The translations under genes and the position numbers were made by a program. A stretch of DNA of 24,000 nt. Origin: Nocardia globerula. Its GTDB lineage: Bacteria > Actinomycetota > Actinomycetes > Mycobacteriales > Mycobacteriaceae. Positions 7,907 to 15,310 of the stretch are shown here, piece after piece (the first letter of the stretch is position 1; every line of letters starts with the position of its first letter). The stretch lies in assembly GCA_008125105.1 (NCBI GenBank), contig VNIQ01000002.1; one strand, 5' to 3'. The notes under the pieces are model-generated. The model worked only from the letters and a program-made list of their open reading frames with translations. It was not told where the DNA came from and made no database searches.

Positions 7907-8006
7907 CTCACCTGTCACTTTGCCCAGAGTTTGCACCGATAATTCTGTGCACCCTGCTCACTTTTCGAAAAGCACTCTCGCTGAACACATTACCCACGGT
8001 GTCCAG

Positions 8007-9458
8007 TTATTCGGCGATCGGACCCGGCTCCCCGGGAAGCACGATCCGAACCAGTGCCCCACCACGATCGGATTCCTCGATCGCAATGGTGCCACCGTGC
8101 TTGATCACCACCTGGCGCACTATCGCAAGTCCCAGACCGGATCCCGGCATGGAACGCGCAGCGGTGGACCGGTAGAAACGATCGAACACCAACTCCCGAT
8201 CTTCCTCCGGAATGCCCGGTCCCGCATCACTGACGGTCAATTCCAACAGTCCTTGACCGACTGGGCGCATCTCGACGCGCACCTGCTCGCCCTTGGGACT
8301 CCATTTCGCAGCGTTGTCGAGGACGTTGAGTACGGCACGCGAGAGTCCCGCTTGATCGCCGTAGACGAACCACGGCGTTGTCACGGCCTCGAATTCAATT
8401 TCGTTGCGGCGTCGACGCGCACGTTCGAGTGATCGTTCGACGACGTCACTGACATCAACGCGCTCGTACACCGTTTCGGGTGCGTCTTCTCGCGCGAGGT
8501 CGACGAGGTCACCGACAAGAGTCGACAGCTCTTCGATCTGTGCAACCACGTCGGCTCGCAGTTCCGCCATGTCCTCGTCCGGAATTTGTGGTGCCCCTGG
8601 CCGGCTCGACGCGATCAGCAGCTCCATATTGGTGCGGAGCGACGTCAGCGGTGTGCGCAGTTCGTGACCGGCGTCGGCGACGAGGCGACTCTGTCGTTCC
8701 CGGGATTCGGCAAGTGCCCGGAGCATGGTGTTGAAGCTCTCGGTGAGGCGCGCCAGTTCGTCGCTGCCGGATACGGGGATCTGCGTCAGATCGTCGGTTC
8801 GGGCAACGCGTTCGGTGGCATCCGTCAACCGGGCGATAGGTCGTAAACCTGTGCGCCCCACCGTCGTACCGGCTACCGCGGCAAGTATGACGCCGCAGCC
8901 GCCGACGACAAACAGCACCCAGGCAAGTCGATCGAGTACTGCGACGGTCGGCTCCAACCGCTGCGCGATCACCAACGTGCTTCCGTCGTGGGTTCGTTGC
9001 GCCAGCACGCGCTGGCCTTCGACGGTCCGCAGTGACGACTCGGCGGTGCCCCGCGCGACGGCGAGTTCGGGTTCGCCGATCGGCACGTCGGAACCGGGCG
9101 GCTGATACGTATCGAGGTTCGAAAAGACGAGGGCCACACTGATATCGGTGGTGTACAGGGTGGCACCGGTGATGTACCGCGGATCGAAACGCACGATGTT
9201 GCTGTCGATGAGAACCGATGCGCGAGTGCGTAACTGGTGATCAACGTCGGCGTACAGCGCACGTGAGACCACCGCATAGGCAGCGATGGCCATGACGGCG
9301 ACGGCTACCGCAACGACGGACGCGGCCAGTAACGTAACTCGCCATCGCAGCGACACCGATCGGGTCAACGGCATGGGCGGGCGCATCCCGGCCGCCGAGC
9401 CGTTCGATGTGGGAGAGGTCTTCGGCTCCGCGTTCTTGCCGAAGGGTGCAGCGATCAC
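8007..9458 (-). CDS. mprB: Two-component sensor histidine kinase MprB
   Basis: 483 aa with two TM segments flanking a periplasmic loop, a HAMP domain, the H-box [10 protein letters not shown], and ATPase boxes ([20 protein letters not shown]). The GTG start overlaps the mprA stop (GTGA). Confidence 0.92.
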   Translation of the reverse strand: MIAAPFGKNAEPKTSPTSNGSAAGMRPPMPLTRSVSLRWRVTLLAASVVAVAVAVMAIAAYAVVSRALYADVDHQLRTRASVLIDSNIVRFDPRYITGATLYTTDISVALVFSNLDTYQPPGSDVPIGEPELAVARGTAESSLRTVEGQRVLAQRTHDGSTLVIAQRLEPTVAVLDRLAWVLFVVGGCGVILAAVAGTTVGRTGLRPIARLTDATERVARTDDLTQIPVSGSDELARLTESFNTMLRALAESRERQSRLVADAGHELRTPLTSLRTNMELLIASSRPGAPQIPDEDMAELRADVVAQIEELSTLVGDLVDLAREDAPETVYERVDVSDVVERSLERARRRRNEIEFEAVTTPWFVYGDQAGLSRAVLNVLDNAAKWSPKGEQVRVEMRPVGQGLLELTVSDAGPGIPEEDRELVFDRFYRSTAARSMPGSGLGLAIVRQVVIKHGGTIAIEESDRGGALVRIVLPGEPGPIAE

Positions 9459-10141
9459 GGTGGTGTCTCCCGCAGGACGTAGCCGACACCGCGCACGGTG
9501 TGAATCAGCCTCGGTTCGCCGTCGGCCTCGGTTTTACGACGAAGGTAGCCGACGTAAACCTCGAGAGCGTTGCCGGAGGTCGGGAAATCGTATCCCCACA
9601 CCTCCTCGAGAATGCGCCCACGGGTGAGGACGCGACGTGGGTTGGCCATCAGCATTTCGAGAAGCGAGAACTCGGTTCGGGTGAGACTGATGGATCGCTC
9701 GCCTCGCCGAACCTCACGGGTCACCGGGTCGAGGGTGAGATCCTCGAAGGTCATCATCTCGGAGTCTGCGTCAGGATCCGGTGCGGTTCGCCGGAGCAGC
9801 GCGCGCAATCGGGCCAGCAGTTCTTCGAGTGCAAAAGGCTTGGGAAGGTAGTCGTCGGCACCGGCGTCGAGACCGGCGACGCGTTCGCTGACGGAATCGC
9901 GGGCAGTGAGCACCAGGATCGGGAGATCGTCGCCGGCGCTGCGCAGCCGGCGGCACACTTCGAGTCCGTCGAGGCGCGGCATCATGACGTCGAGAACCAC
10001 GGCGTCCGGCCGGTTCGCGAGGATCTTCTCGAGCGCGTCGAGTCCGTCCACCGCCAGTTCGACCGTGTAGCCGTTGAAGCTGAGCGAGCGCCGGAGCGAC
10101 TCGCGAACCGCCCGGTCGTCGTCGACCACCAAAATACGCAT
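9455..10141 (-). CDS. mprA: OmpR/PhoB-family response regulator MprA
   Basis: 228 aa: [16 protein letters not shown]..., phospho-acceptor context [11 protein letters not shown], and a winged-helix C-terminus ending [16 protein letters not shown]. It is close to M. tuberculosis MprA as I recall it. Confidence 0.93.
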   Translation of the reverse strand: MRILVVDDDRAVRESLRRSLSFNGYTVELAVDGLDALEKILANRPDAVVLDVMMPRLDGLEVCRRLRSAGDDLPILVLTARDSVSERVAGLDAGADDYLPKPFALEELLARLRALLRRTAPDPDADSEMMTFEDLTLDPVTREVRRGERSISLTRTEFSLLEMLMANPRRVLTRGRILEEVWGYDFPTSGNALEVYVGYLRRKTEADGEPRLIHTVRGVGYVLRETPP

Positions 10142-10161
10142 ACCGACAGTTTGGACTGAAG

Positions 10162-10180
10162 TGCTGAGATAGGGCTGAGA
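10162..10180 (-). promoter_or_regulatory. MprA-box-like direct repeat TCTCAGCC-CTA-TCTCAGCA upstream of mprA
   Basis: Read on the minus strand. It ends 20 nt upstream of the mprA ATG and has the same architecture and near-identical half-sites as 7888-7906. Confidence 0.65.
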
Positions 10181-10212
10181 GGGTCCCGTTCGGGAGGTTC
10201 GGCGTGTCGCGG

Positions 10213-10824
10213 TCAGTCTTCAGTGCGGCGTGGTCCCGGCAGGCTCCAATGACGCCACAGCGCAAGCAATCTGAAGACGGCGGCAAACGCGGTGCCGACC
10301 ACAAGCGCACCGTTCGTGGACAACCCCCACGCCGAGACTGTGACCACCAACGCAGCGCCGAGGAGCGCCGGGACGGCATAGAGGTCCTTGTGGAGCAGCA
10401 AGGGCACCTCGTTGACGAGGACGTCTCGGATCACGCCGCCACCGATCGCCGCGGTGGCACCGATCAGCGTGGCAGCCAGTCCGCTGGCGTTGTTCTCGAG
10501 GGCGATGACGGTTCCGGTGCTGGCAAACAGGCCCATGCCCAGTGCGTCGAGCGCCAGAATTTCTCGGCGCAGGCGGTTGAGCGGCTCGTGCAGGTAGAAC
10601 ACCGCAAGGGACGTGAGGGCGGCCGTTCCGAAGTACGGCCAGCTACTCAGCGAACTGGGTGGGTGGACGCCGAGTAGGACGTCGCGGACGATACCGCCGC
10701 CGATGCCGGTGAATACGCCCACCGAGCACACCCCGAAGATGTCGAGACGCTTGGTGACGCCCACCAGAGCACCGGAAGCGGCAAACGCCACGATGCCCAC
10801 CAGTTCGAGGATCGACAGCAGCAC
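10213..10824 (-). CDS. UPF0126/TRIC-family (YadS-like) integral membrane protein
   Basis: 203 aa and highly hydrophobic. It has two internal repeats, each carrying the glycine-rich signature ([14 protein letters not shown] and [14 protein letters not shown]). The GTG start lies 18 nt after the rpmF stop with no intervening hairpin. Confidence 0.85.
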   Translation of the reverse strand: MLLSILELVGIVAFAASGALVGVTKRLDIFGVCSVGVFTGIGGGIVRDVLLGVHPPSSLSSWPYFGTAALTSLAVFYLHEPLNRLRREILALDALGMGLFASTGTVIALENNASGLAATLIGATAAIGGGVIRDVLVNEVPLLLHKDLYAVPALLGAALVVTVSAWGLSTNGALVVGTAFAAVFRLLALWRHWSLPGPRRTED

Positions 10825-10842
10825 CGGCCAAGGATCGCACGG

Positions 10843-11016
10843 TCAGAGCCGCTGAGGGTCGATCACCCCGAGTCGAACTGCTTTGACCAACCGTCGGGGA
10901 ACCTTGTGGGTGTGACCGAAGGCGGTGACCTCGACCAGATCGGGCGGCGTCGCTTTCCACTGGGACCGTCGACTACGTGTGTTGGAGCGGGACATCTTCC
11001 GCTTGGGAACAGCCAT
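10843..11016 (-). CDS. rpmF: 50S ribosomal protein L32, Cys-less (C-) paralogue
   Basis: The internal ATG of the 106-aa track ORF gives a 57-aa product, [21 protein letters not shown]..., with no Cys residues. Its ATG overlaps the rpmE2 stop (ATGA). Confidence 0.9.
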   Translation of the reverse strand: MAVPKRKMSRSNTRSRRSQWKATPPDLVEVTAFGHTHKVPRRLVKAVRLGVIDPQRL

Positions 11017-11270
11017 CAGCGCGCCGTGCGCTTTCCGTAGCGACGCTCGAACTTCTCGACGCGGCCAGCGGTATCCATGACGCGTTGCGCTCCCGTCCAG
11101 AACGGGTGCGAGTCGCTCGTGACGTCGACAACCAGCAGCGGGTAGGTGTTGCCGTCTTCCCATTGGGTGGTTCGGTCACTCGTCACGGTGGAACGGGTGA
11201 GGAAGCTCTTGCCGGTGCCGGCGTCCTGGAACACCACGGGGTGGTAGTCGGGGTGCAGTTGCTTTTTCAT
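11016..11270 (-). CDS. rpmE2: 50S ribosomal protein L31 type B (C-)
   Basis: 84 aa, [16 protein letters not shown]...HPFWTG...VEKFERRYG, with no CxxC motif. Its ATG overlaps the stop of the upstream COG0523 gene (ATGA). Confidence 0.92.
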   Translation of the reverse strand: MKKQLHPDYHPVVFQDAGTGKSFLTRSTVTSDRTTQWEDGNTYPLLVVDVTSDSHPFWTGAQRVMDTAGRVEKFERRYGKRTAR

Positions 11271-12535
11271 TCGTTTGCCTCTCGGATCGATTCGGTTTCT
11301 GCGTAGGGTGATTGGGATTCGTCGCATGGGTCCTCGTGGAACTCGCCGAACGGGTCGTCCCAGTCGGACCACGATTTTTCGTCGGCCAGTTCCTCGTCGG
11401 TGACCAGCGCATGTTGCAGCGTTCGGTCGATCTCGAGGGGGTTGGCGTCGCACACCAGCACCACCATCGAGGTGTCGCGGTCGCCGAAACGGTCGTCCCA
11501 TTTCAATGCGGCCAGTGCGCGTCGCTCGACCGGCACGCCCTCCAGTTCCTCGGGAGTCATGGCCGCCAGCCACGTGTCTGCGCTCGCAACCCGTAGGCCG
11601 CCGCCTGCGGATTCCAGCCAGAGCGCTTCCCCGGGTTGCGTCGCCACCCACACTCGCCCGCGCGAGCACACGACGCCGTCGAGCAGGACGTCGATCGCGT
11701 CATGTAGACGTCCGGGGTGGAACGGGCGGTTGGCGGTGAACTCCACGAGCATCACGCTGCTGTCTTCCTCGAGCGGTGGCTGGAAACGCAGCAGCGGTGA
11801 GTGAGCGTCGGCAAGTTCGCCGCGTCTGGAATCCTCGGGCACTGCGAGGAGCACCTTCTCGATGTCGCCGCCCGCATCGACGACGGGCGCCCGGGGCGCA
11901 AGCCGAGCCAGGACAGCCCGCAGACGCGTGTGTTGCCAACTGTCGATATCCGCCATCCCCTGCACGACAAGTGCGTCGGCGAACTCGACCTGGCCGACAA
12001 CCACCTGAGCCAGTGTTCGATCGTCGTCGAGGGCTTCGTCACTGAGGGCGTCCGAAAGCCAGCTTTCGGCGTCGATGCACGTCACAACGGCGTCGACGCG
12101 AACATCTCGCTCGGCCGGACCGTCCAGTTGGCCGACGACTCCGGCCACCACGACGTGCTCGATCGCCCAGCACAGCGCTTCGGGTTCGAGTTGCGGGTCC
12201 AGCAGCACGACGATGCGCGCAACCGAACTGCGAGCGTGTAACCGACGCAGCAGCGGTAGCAAATCCTGGCTGAGCGTGCAGGACACGCAACCGTGCGCGA
12301 GTTCGAGGATGGTCTCCCGTTCCGAGACCGTGTTGCCGGCCACTGTCGTTCCGGTCACTGTCGTCCCGGCCACTGTCGTGATTGTCCGTCGCACTACTCC
12401 TTCGCGGACGTGACTCAGGTCGTGATGCACCAGCACTGTTCCGGCCCGCAGTAGTGCGCGCGCGGTCGGTGTGGTGGTTTCGCTCATGCCGGCAACCAGG
12501 ACCAGCGGAGTCCTGCCGTCCAGGATCGTGTTCAC
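11267..12535 (-). CDS. COG0523/CobW-family (G3E) protein with a degenerate P-loop (Rv0106-like)
   Basis: 422 aa from GTG 12535 ([16 protein letters not shown]...). It has a CobW-like core ([29 protein letters not shown]) and a CobW_C-like domain ([17 protein letters not shown]...RGRVWVA). The Walker A position reads GMSETT instead of GxGKT[TS]. There is no Lys in the first ~230 residues. Confidence 0.8.
   Translation of the reverse strand: MNTILDGRTPLVLVAGMSETTTPTARALLRAGTVLVHHDLSHVREGVVRRTITTVAGTTVTGTTVAGNTVSERETILELAHGCVSCTLSQDLLPLLRRLHARSSVARIVVLLDPQLEPEALCWAIEHVVVAGVVGQLDGPAERDVRVDAVVTCIDAESWLSDALSDEALDDDRTLAQVVVGQVEFADALVVQGMADIDSWQHTRLRAVLARLAPRAPVVDAGGDIEKVLLAVPEDSRRGELADAHSPLLRFQPPLEEDSSVMLVEFTANRPFHPGRLHDAIDVLLDGVVCSRGRVWVATQPGEALWLESAGGGLRVASADTWLAAMTPEELEGVPVERRALAALKWDDRFGDRDTSMVVLVCDANPLEIDRTLQHALVTDEELADEKSWSDWDDPFGEFHEDPCDESQSPYAETESIREANE
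12335..12379 (-). repeat. 3 x 15-bp imperfect tandem repeat inside the COG0523 gene, encoding (TTVxG)3
   Basis: Plus-strand units are GCCGGCCACTGTCGT, TCCGGTCACTGTCGT and CCCGGCCACTGTCGT. The peptide reads [18 protein letters not shown]. Confidence 0.85.
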
Positions 12536-12548
12536 AGCGCGCCCTTTC

Positions 12549-12563
12549 TGGGAATGATTGTCA
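12549..12563. promoter_or_regulatory. Zur-box-like palindrome 1 (TGGGAATGATTGTCA)
   Basis: The core AATGA-TTG-TCATT is palindromic. It matches the remembered actinobacterial Zur consensus TGAAAATGATTTTCA at 12/15 positions. It starts 14 nt upstream of the COG0523 GTG. Confidence 0.65.
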
Positions 12564-12602
12564 TTACCGAGACTGGACGCTACATTGATCTCACTCCATT
12601 GT

Positions 12603-12617
12603 CGAAAACGATTGTCA
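12603..12617. promoter_or_regulatory. Zur-box-like palindrome 2 (CGAAAACGATTGTCA)
   Basis: It shares GATTGTCAT with box 1 and matches the remembered consensus at 12/15 positions. It ends 23 nt upstream of the rpmB ATG, just before the GAAAGGAA RBS. Confidence 0.65.
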
Positions 12618-12640
12618 TCTGCAATTAGAAAGGAACACCC

Positions 12641-12877
12641 ATGTCGTCTCGCTGCCAAGTGACCGGACGTGTGCCGGGATTCGGAAAATCCGTCTCGCAC
12701 TCCCACAAGCGTTCGAATCGCCGCTGGAATCCGAACATCCAGCGCAAGACGTATGTATTGCCGAGCGAAGGGCGTCGCGTCACCCTCACTCTGTCCACGA
12801 AGGGCATCAAGACGATCGACCGCGACGGCATCGAATCCGTCGTCGCCCGAATCCGCGCACGCGGCGAGAAGATCTGA
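12641..12877 (+). CDS. rpmB: 50S ribosomal protein L28, C- paralogue
   Basis: 78 aa, [34 protein letters not shown].... It has a single Cys and lacks the CxxC pairs. Confidence 0.93.
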   Translation: MSSRCQVTGRVPGFGKSVSHSHKRSNRRWNPNIQRKTYVLPSEGRRVTLTLSTKGIKTIDRDGIESVVARIRARGEKI

Positions 12878-12881
12878 GCTG

Positions 12882-13046
12882 ATGGCCCGCAACGAGATCC
12901 GGCCGATCGTGAAACTGAAGTCCACCGCAGGCACCGGCTACACCTACGTGACCCGCAAGAACCGTCGCAACGACCCCGATCGACTCGTGCTGAAGAAGTA
13001 CGACCCGGTGCTCCGAAAGCATGTCGATTTCCGAGAAGAGAAATAG
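12882..13046 (+). CDS. rpmG: 50S ribosomal protein L33, C- paralogue
   Basis: The internal ATG of the 125-aa track ORF gives 54 aa, [42 protein letters not shown]..., with no Cys. Confidence 0.92.
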   Translation: MARNEIRPIVKLKSTAGTGYTYVTRKNRRNDPDRLVLKKYDPVLRKHVDFREEK

Positions 13047-13048
13047 CC

Positions 13049-13354
13049 GTGGCCAAGAAGTCGAAGATCGCCAAGAACAACCAACGACGGGTCATCGTCG
13101 AGCGATACCGCGAGCAGCGGTCCGCCCTGAAGGAGACGATTCGCTCCCCGAAAAGCTCCCTTGAGGAACGCGCACGGGCCCAAGCGACCCTGCAACGTCT
13201 ACCACGCGACGCGAGTCCGGTACGATTGCGCAATCGAGACGCTGCGGATGGACGTCCGCGCGGCCACCTGCGGAAGTTCGGGCTATCCCGGATTCGCGTG
13301 CGAGAAATGGCGCACCGTGGGGAACTGCCTGGCGTACACAAGTCGAGCTGGTAA
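13049..13354 (+). CDS. rpsN: 30S ribosomal protein S14, long C- form
   Basis: 101 aa from a GTG start, ending ...[27 protein letters not shown], with no Cys. Confidence 0.93.
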   Translation: MAKKSKIAKNNQRRVIVERYREQRSALKETIRSPKSSLEERARAQATLQRLPRDASPVRLRNRDAADGRPRGHLRKFGLSRIRVREMAHRGELPGVHKSSW

Positions 13355-13363
13355 GGAAGTCGG

Positions 13364-13621
13364 ATGGCAGTCAAGCGTTCACCGTCGAAGAAGCCACGCC
13401 CCGTAGAGGGACGTAAGCCCAAGAAGAACCCGTTGTTCGCAGCGAAGATCACGCATGTCGATTACAAGGACATCAACTTGCTTCGCACGTTCATCTCGGA
13501 CCGCGGCAAGATCCGTAGCCGCCGCGTCACGGGCCTGACCCCGCAGCAGCAGCGTCAGGTCGCCGTTGCAGTGAAGAACGCACGCGAAATGGCGTTGCTT
13601 CCCTTCACCGCCGCACGGTAG
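13364..13621 (+). CDS. rpsR: 30S ribosomal protein S18 (alternative paralogue)
   Basis: 85 aa containing ...[50 protein letters not shown]. An AAGGAAG RBS is present. Confidence 0.93.
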   Translation: MAVKRSPSKKPRPVEGRKPKKNPLFAAKITHVDYKDINLLRTFISDRGKIRSRRVTGLTPQQQRQVAVAVKNAREMALLPFTAAR

Positions 13622-13640
13622 TCACACGTAGAAGACCGGA

Positions 13641-13677
13641 AAGGCCGCGCAGTCACTCGACTGCGCGGCCTTTTTGT
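13641..13677 (+). terminator. Rho-independent terminator (14-bp stem AAGGCCGCGCAGTC-ACTC-GACTGCGCGGCCTT followed by a T-run)
   Basis: Read directly. It begins 20 nt after the rpsR stop. The stem is followed by TTTTTGTT. Confidence 0.9.
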
Positions 13678-13731
13678 TGCCCGGACTAAGATTCCTGAAG
13701 TTATTCGGTCCAGCTGAGAGGTGCCCGCAGC

Positions 13732-14667
13732 GTGTCGGGAGTTATTGCGGGTTTCACCGTTATTTTTGTTGTCATCGCGGTCGGCTTTCTCCTCGGTCGC
13801 CTCGGCACGTTGGGCAGCCAAGGCCAATGTGTTCTCGGCCGCCTCGTCTTCTTCGTCGCAACCCCCGCGCTGCTGTTCACGACCCTCGCGTCGTCCGATC
13901 TGTCGGTGATCTTCTCGCCTACGTTGGCGGTCGCGTCGGCCACTGCCTTTGCCGTCGGCGCCTTGTACGTAGTGATCGCAAAACTCTGGCTTGGTCGACC
14001 GCTTCCCGAACTGACCATCGGCGCGCTGTCCGCGTCGTACGTGAACTCGGCGAACCTCGGTATCCCGATCGCAGTGTTCGTCCTCGGTGACGCAACGTTC
14101 GTGGCGCCACTTCTGCTGTTCCAGATTGTCGTGTACTCCCCCATCGCGTTGACGATCCTCGATCTCACGGCATTGCGGGGCGAAGCCGAAAAACTGTCAC
14201 TGATCGACACTGTCACCGCTCCGTTCAAGAACCCGATCGTGCTCGCAGGTGCGGCGGGCTTGATCGTCGCGTTGATCGGCTGGGTGCCACCGAGACCGCT
14301 GATGCAGCCGTTCGAATTGATCGGGGCAACCTCGGTACCCGGCGCCTTGCTTGCCTTCGGCCTGTCCTTGTACGGCGTGCGCGTGCTCGAGAAAGGCTCG
14401 AGTCCCCGCCGGGACGTGGCGCTGGCGTCGACGCTCAAGATCGTCGTCCAACCGGTGCTCGCCTATCTGATGGCGCATTACCTGCTCGGCATCGACGGTC
14501 ATCAATTGTTTGCGATCGTCGTCGTGTCCACCTTGCCGACGGCCCAGAACGTTTTCATCTACGCGAGCCGTTACCGTCGCGGAATGGTGTTGGCCCGAGA
14601 CAGCGCATTTGTCACCACTTTGGCATCAATTCCGGCAATCGCGCTGGTCACGGCGCTACTCGCATGA
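13732..14667 (+). CDS. AEC (auxin efflux carrier) family transporter
   Basis: 311 aa with about 10 hydrophobic segments, starting MSGVIAGFTVIFVVIAVGFLLGR.... The GTG start has a GAGAGG RBS 10 nt upstream. Confidence 0.85.
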   Translation: MSGVIAGFTVIFVVIAVGFLLGRLGTLGSQGQCVLGRLVFFVATPALLFTTLASSDLSVIFSPTLAVASATAFAVGALYVVIAKLWLGRPLPELTIGALSASYVNSANLGIPIAVFVLGDATFVAPLLLFQIVVYSPIALTILDLTALRGEAEKLSLIDTVTAPFKNPIVLAGAAGLIVALIGWVPPRPLMQPFELIGATSVPGALLAFGLSLYGVRVLEKGSSPRRDVALASTLKIVVQPVLAYLMAHYLLGIDGHQLFAIVVVSTLPTAQNVFIYASRYRRGMVLARDSAFVTTLASIPAIALVTALLA

Positions 14668-14686
14668 CCAGGGTTACGGTGGATGC

Positions 14687-15151
14687 ATGCGCGTAATCAC
14701 CCTCGCCGTTCTGGCCGCCCTGGCATTGGCGGGATGTGCCATCGGCACGAGTACCAATGCCGGCGTCGGGACCCCGAAAGTGCTTGCAGCGCAGGGTGCT
14801 GTTCCCGCCGATTGGGCACGAGAATCGCCTGTCCCCACGGAGGTCGACGACACAGATATCGGCACGATGTTCGAGGATCGGCCGGACATCGTCGGCGCCG
14901 GGGAGACCATGTTCGAGTCGTGGTCGGAAGTGGACGAGAACACCGTTGCCGTTCATTTCGTGACCGGAACGCCGGAATGTTACGGCGCGTATACAACTCT
15001 CGACGAGACGGACGACGCGGTGGTCATCACGCTCCACACCGGTTCTCTGCCCGAAGCTGCGGACAGGATGTGCGTTCTTGTGGCCGTGTTCGGTTCCCTC
15101 GATGTGCATTTGAGTAGACCGCTCGGCGATCGCGTCGTGGTCAACGGATAG
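14687..15151 (+). CDS. Lipoprotein of unknown function
   Basis: The internal ATG of the 213-aa track ORF gives a 154-aa protein. It has a signal peptide and lipobox (MRVITLAVLAALALAG|C). The upstream extension overlaps the end of the AEC gene. Confidence 0.7.
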   Translation: MRVITLAVLAALALAGCAIGTSTNAGVGTPKVLAAQGAVPADWARESPVPTEVDDTDIGTMFEDRPDIVGAGETMFESWSEVDENTVAVHFVTGTPECYGAYTTLDETDDAVVITLHTGSLPEAADRMCVLVAVFGSLDVHLSRPLGDRVVVNG

Positions 15152-15310
15152 TCGCACGCCTTTTCGTCACAACTTCTACGGGTTGACACTCCGTTTTGTC
15201 AGGTGTGGCGTGGATCTCTTCGCGGCAGACTGTGAGCAGTCACCCGTTCACTGTTCACGCGTCGGCTTCTATTCGACTCGAGCGGTACTCAACCACGAAG
15301 GAGCTCGCAA

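Noticed and set aside
7961-7972. 12-nt palindrome CTTTTCGAAAAG between mprB and pepD
   Set aside because: It is short and AT-rich, forming only a 4-bp stem as RNA. I could not match it to a known operator. It may be incidental.
12536-12934. N-terminal 133-aa extension of the 555-aa ORF (COG0523 gene)
   Set aside because: The extension runs through both Zur-box-like palindromes and antisense across rpmB. It adds no P-loop. The homologous N-terminus (RTPLVLVAG) begins just after GTG 12535.
12625-13452. 275-aa minus-strand ORF across rpmB-rpmG-rpsN
   Set aside because: It is antisense to four unmistakable ribosomal protein genes, and its sequence is low-complexity and Arg/Ser-rich.
15183-15211. 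TTGACA at 15183-15188 as the puo -35 element
   Set aside because: The hexamer 17 nt downstream (TGGCGT) is a poor -10 element. I cannot support a promoter call without TSS data.
15228-15258. Shared CTGTGAG heptamer upstream of puo (15230-15236) and upstream of the ALDH gene (18290-18296) as a common PucR motif, plus the GTTCAC-T-GTTCAC direct repeat at 15246-15258
   Set aside because: A single 7-mer shared between two ~150-bp regions is about what chance predicts. The flanks do not align, and the tandem hexamer is too short to interpret without comparative data.
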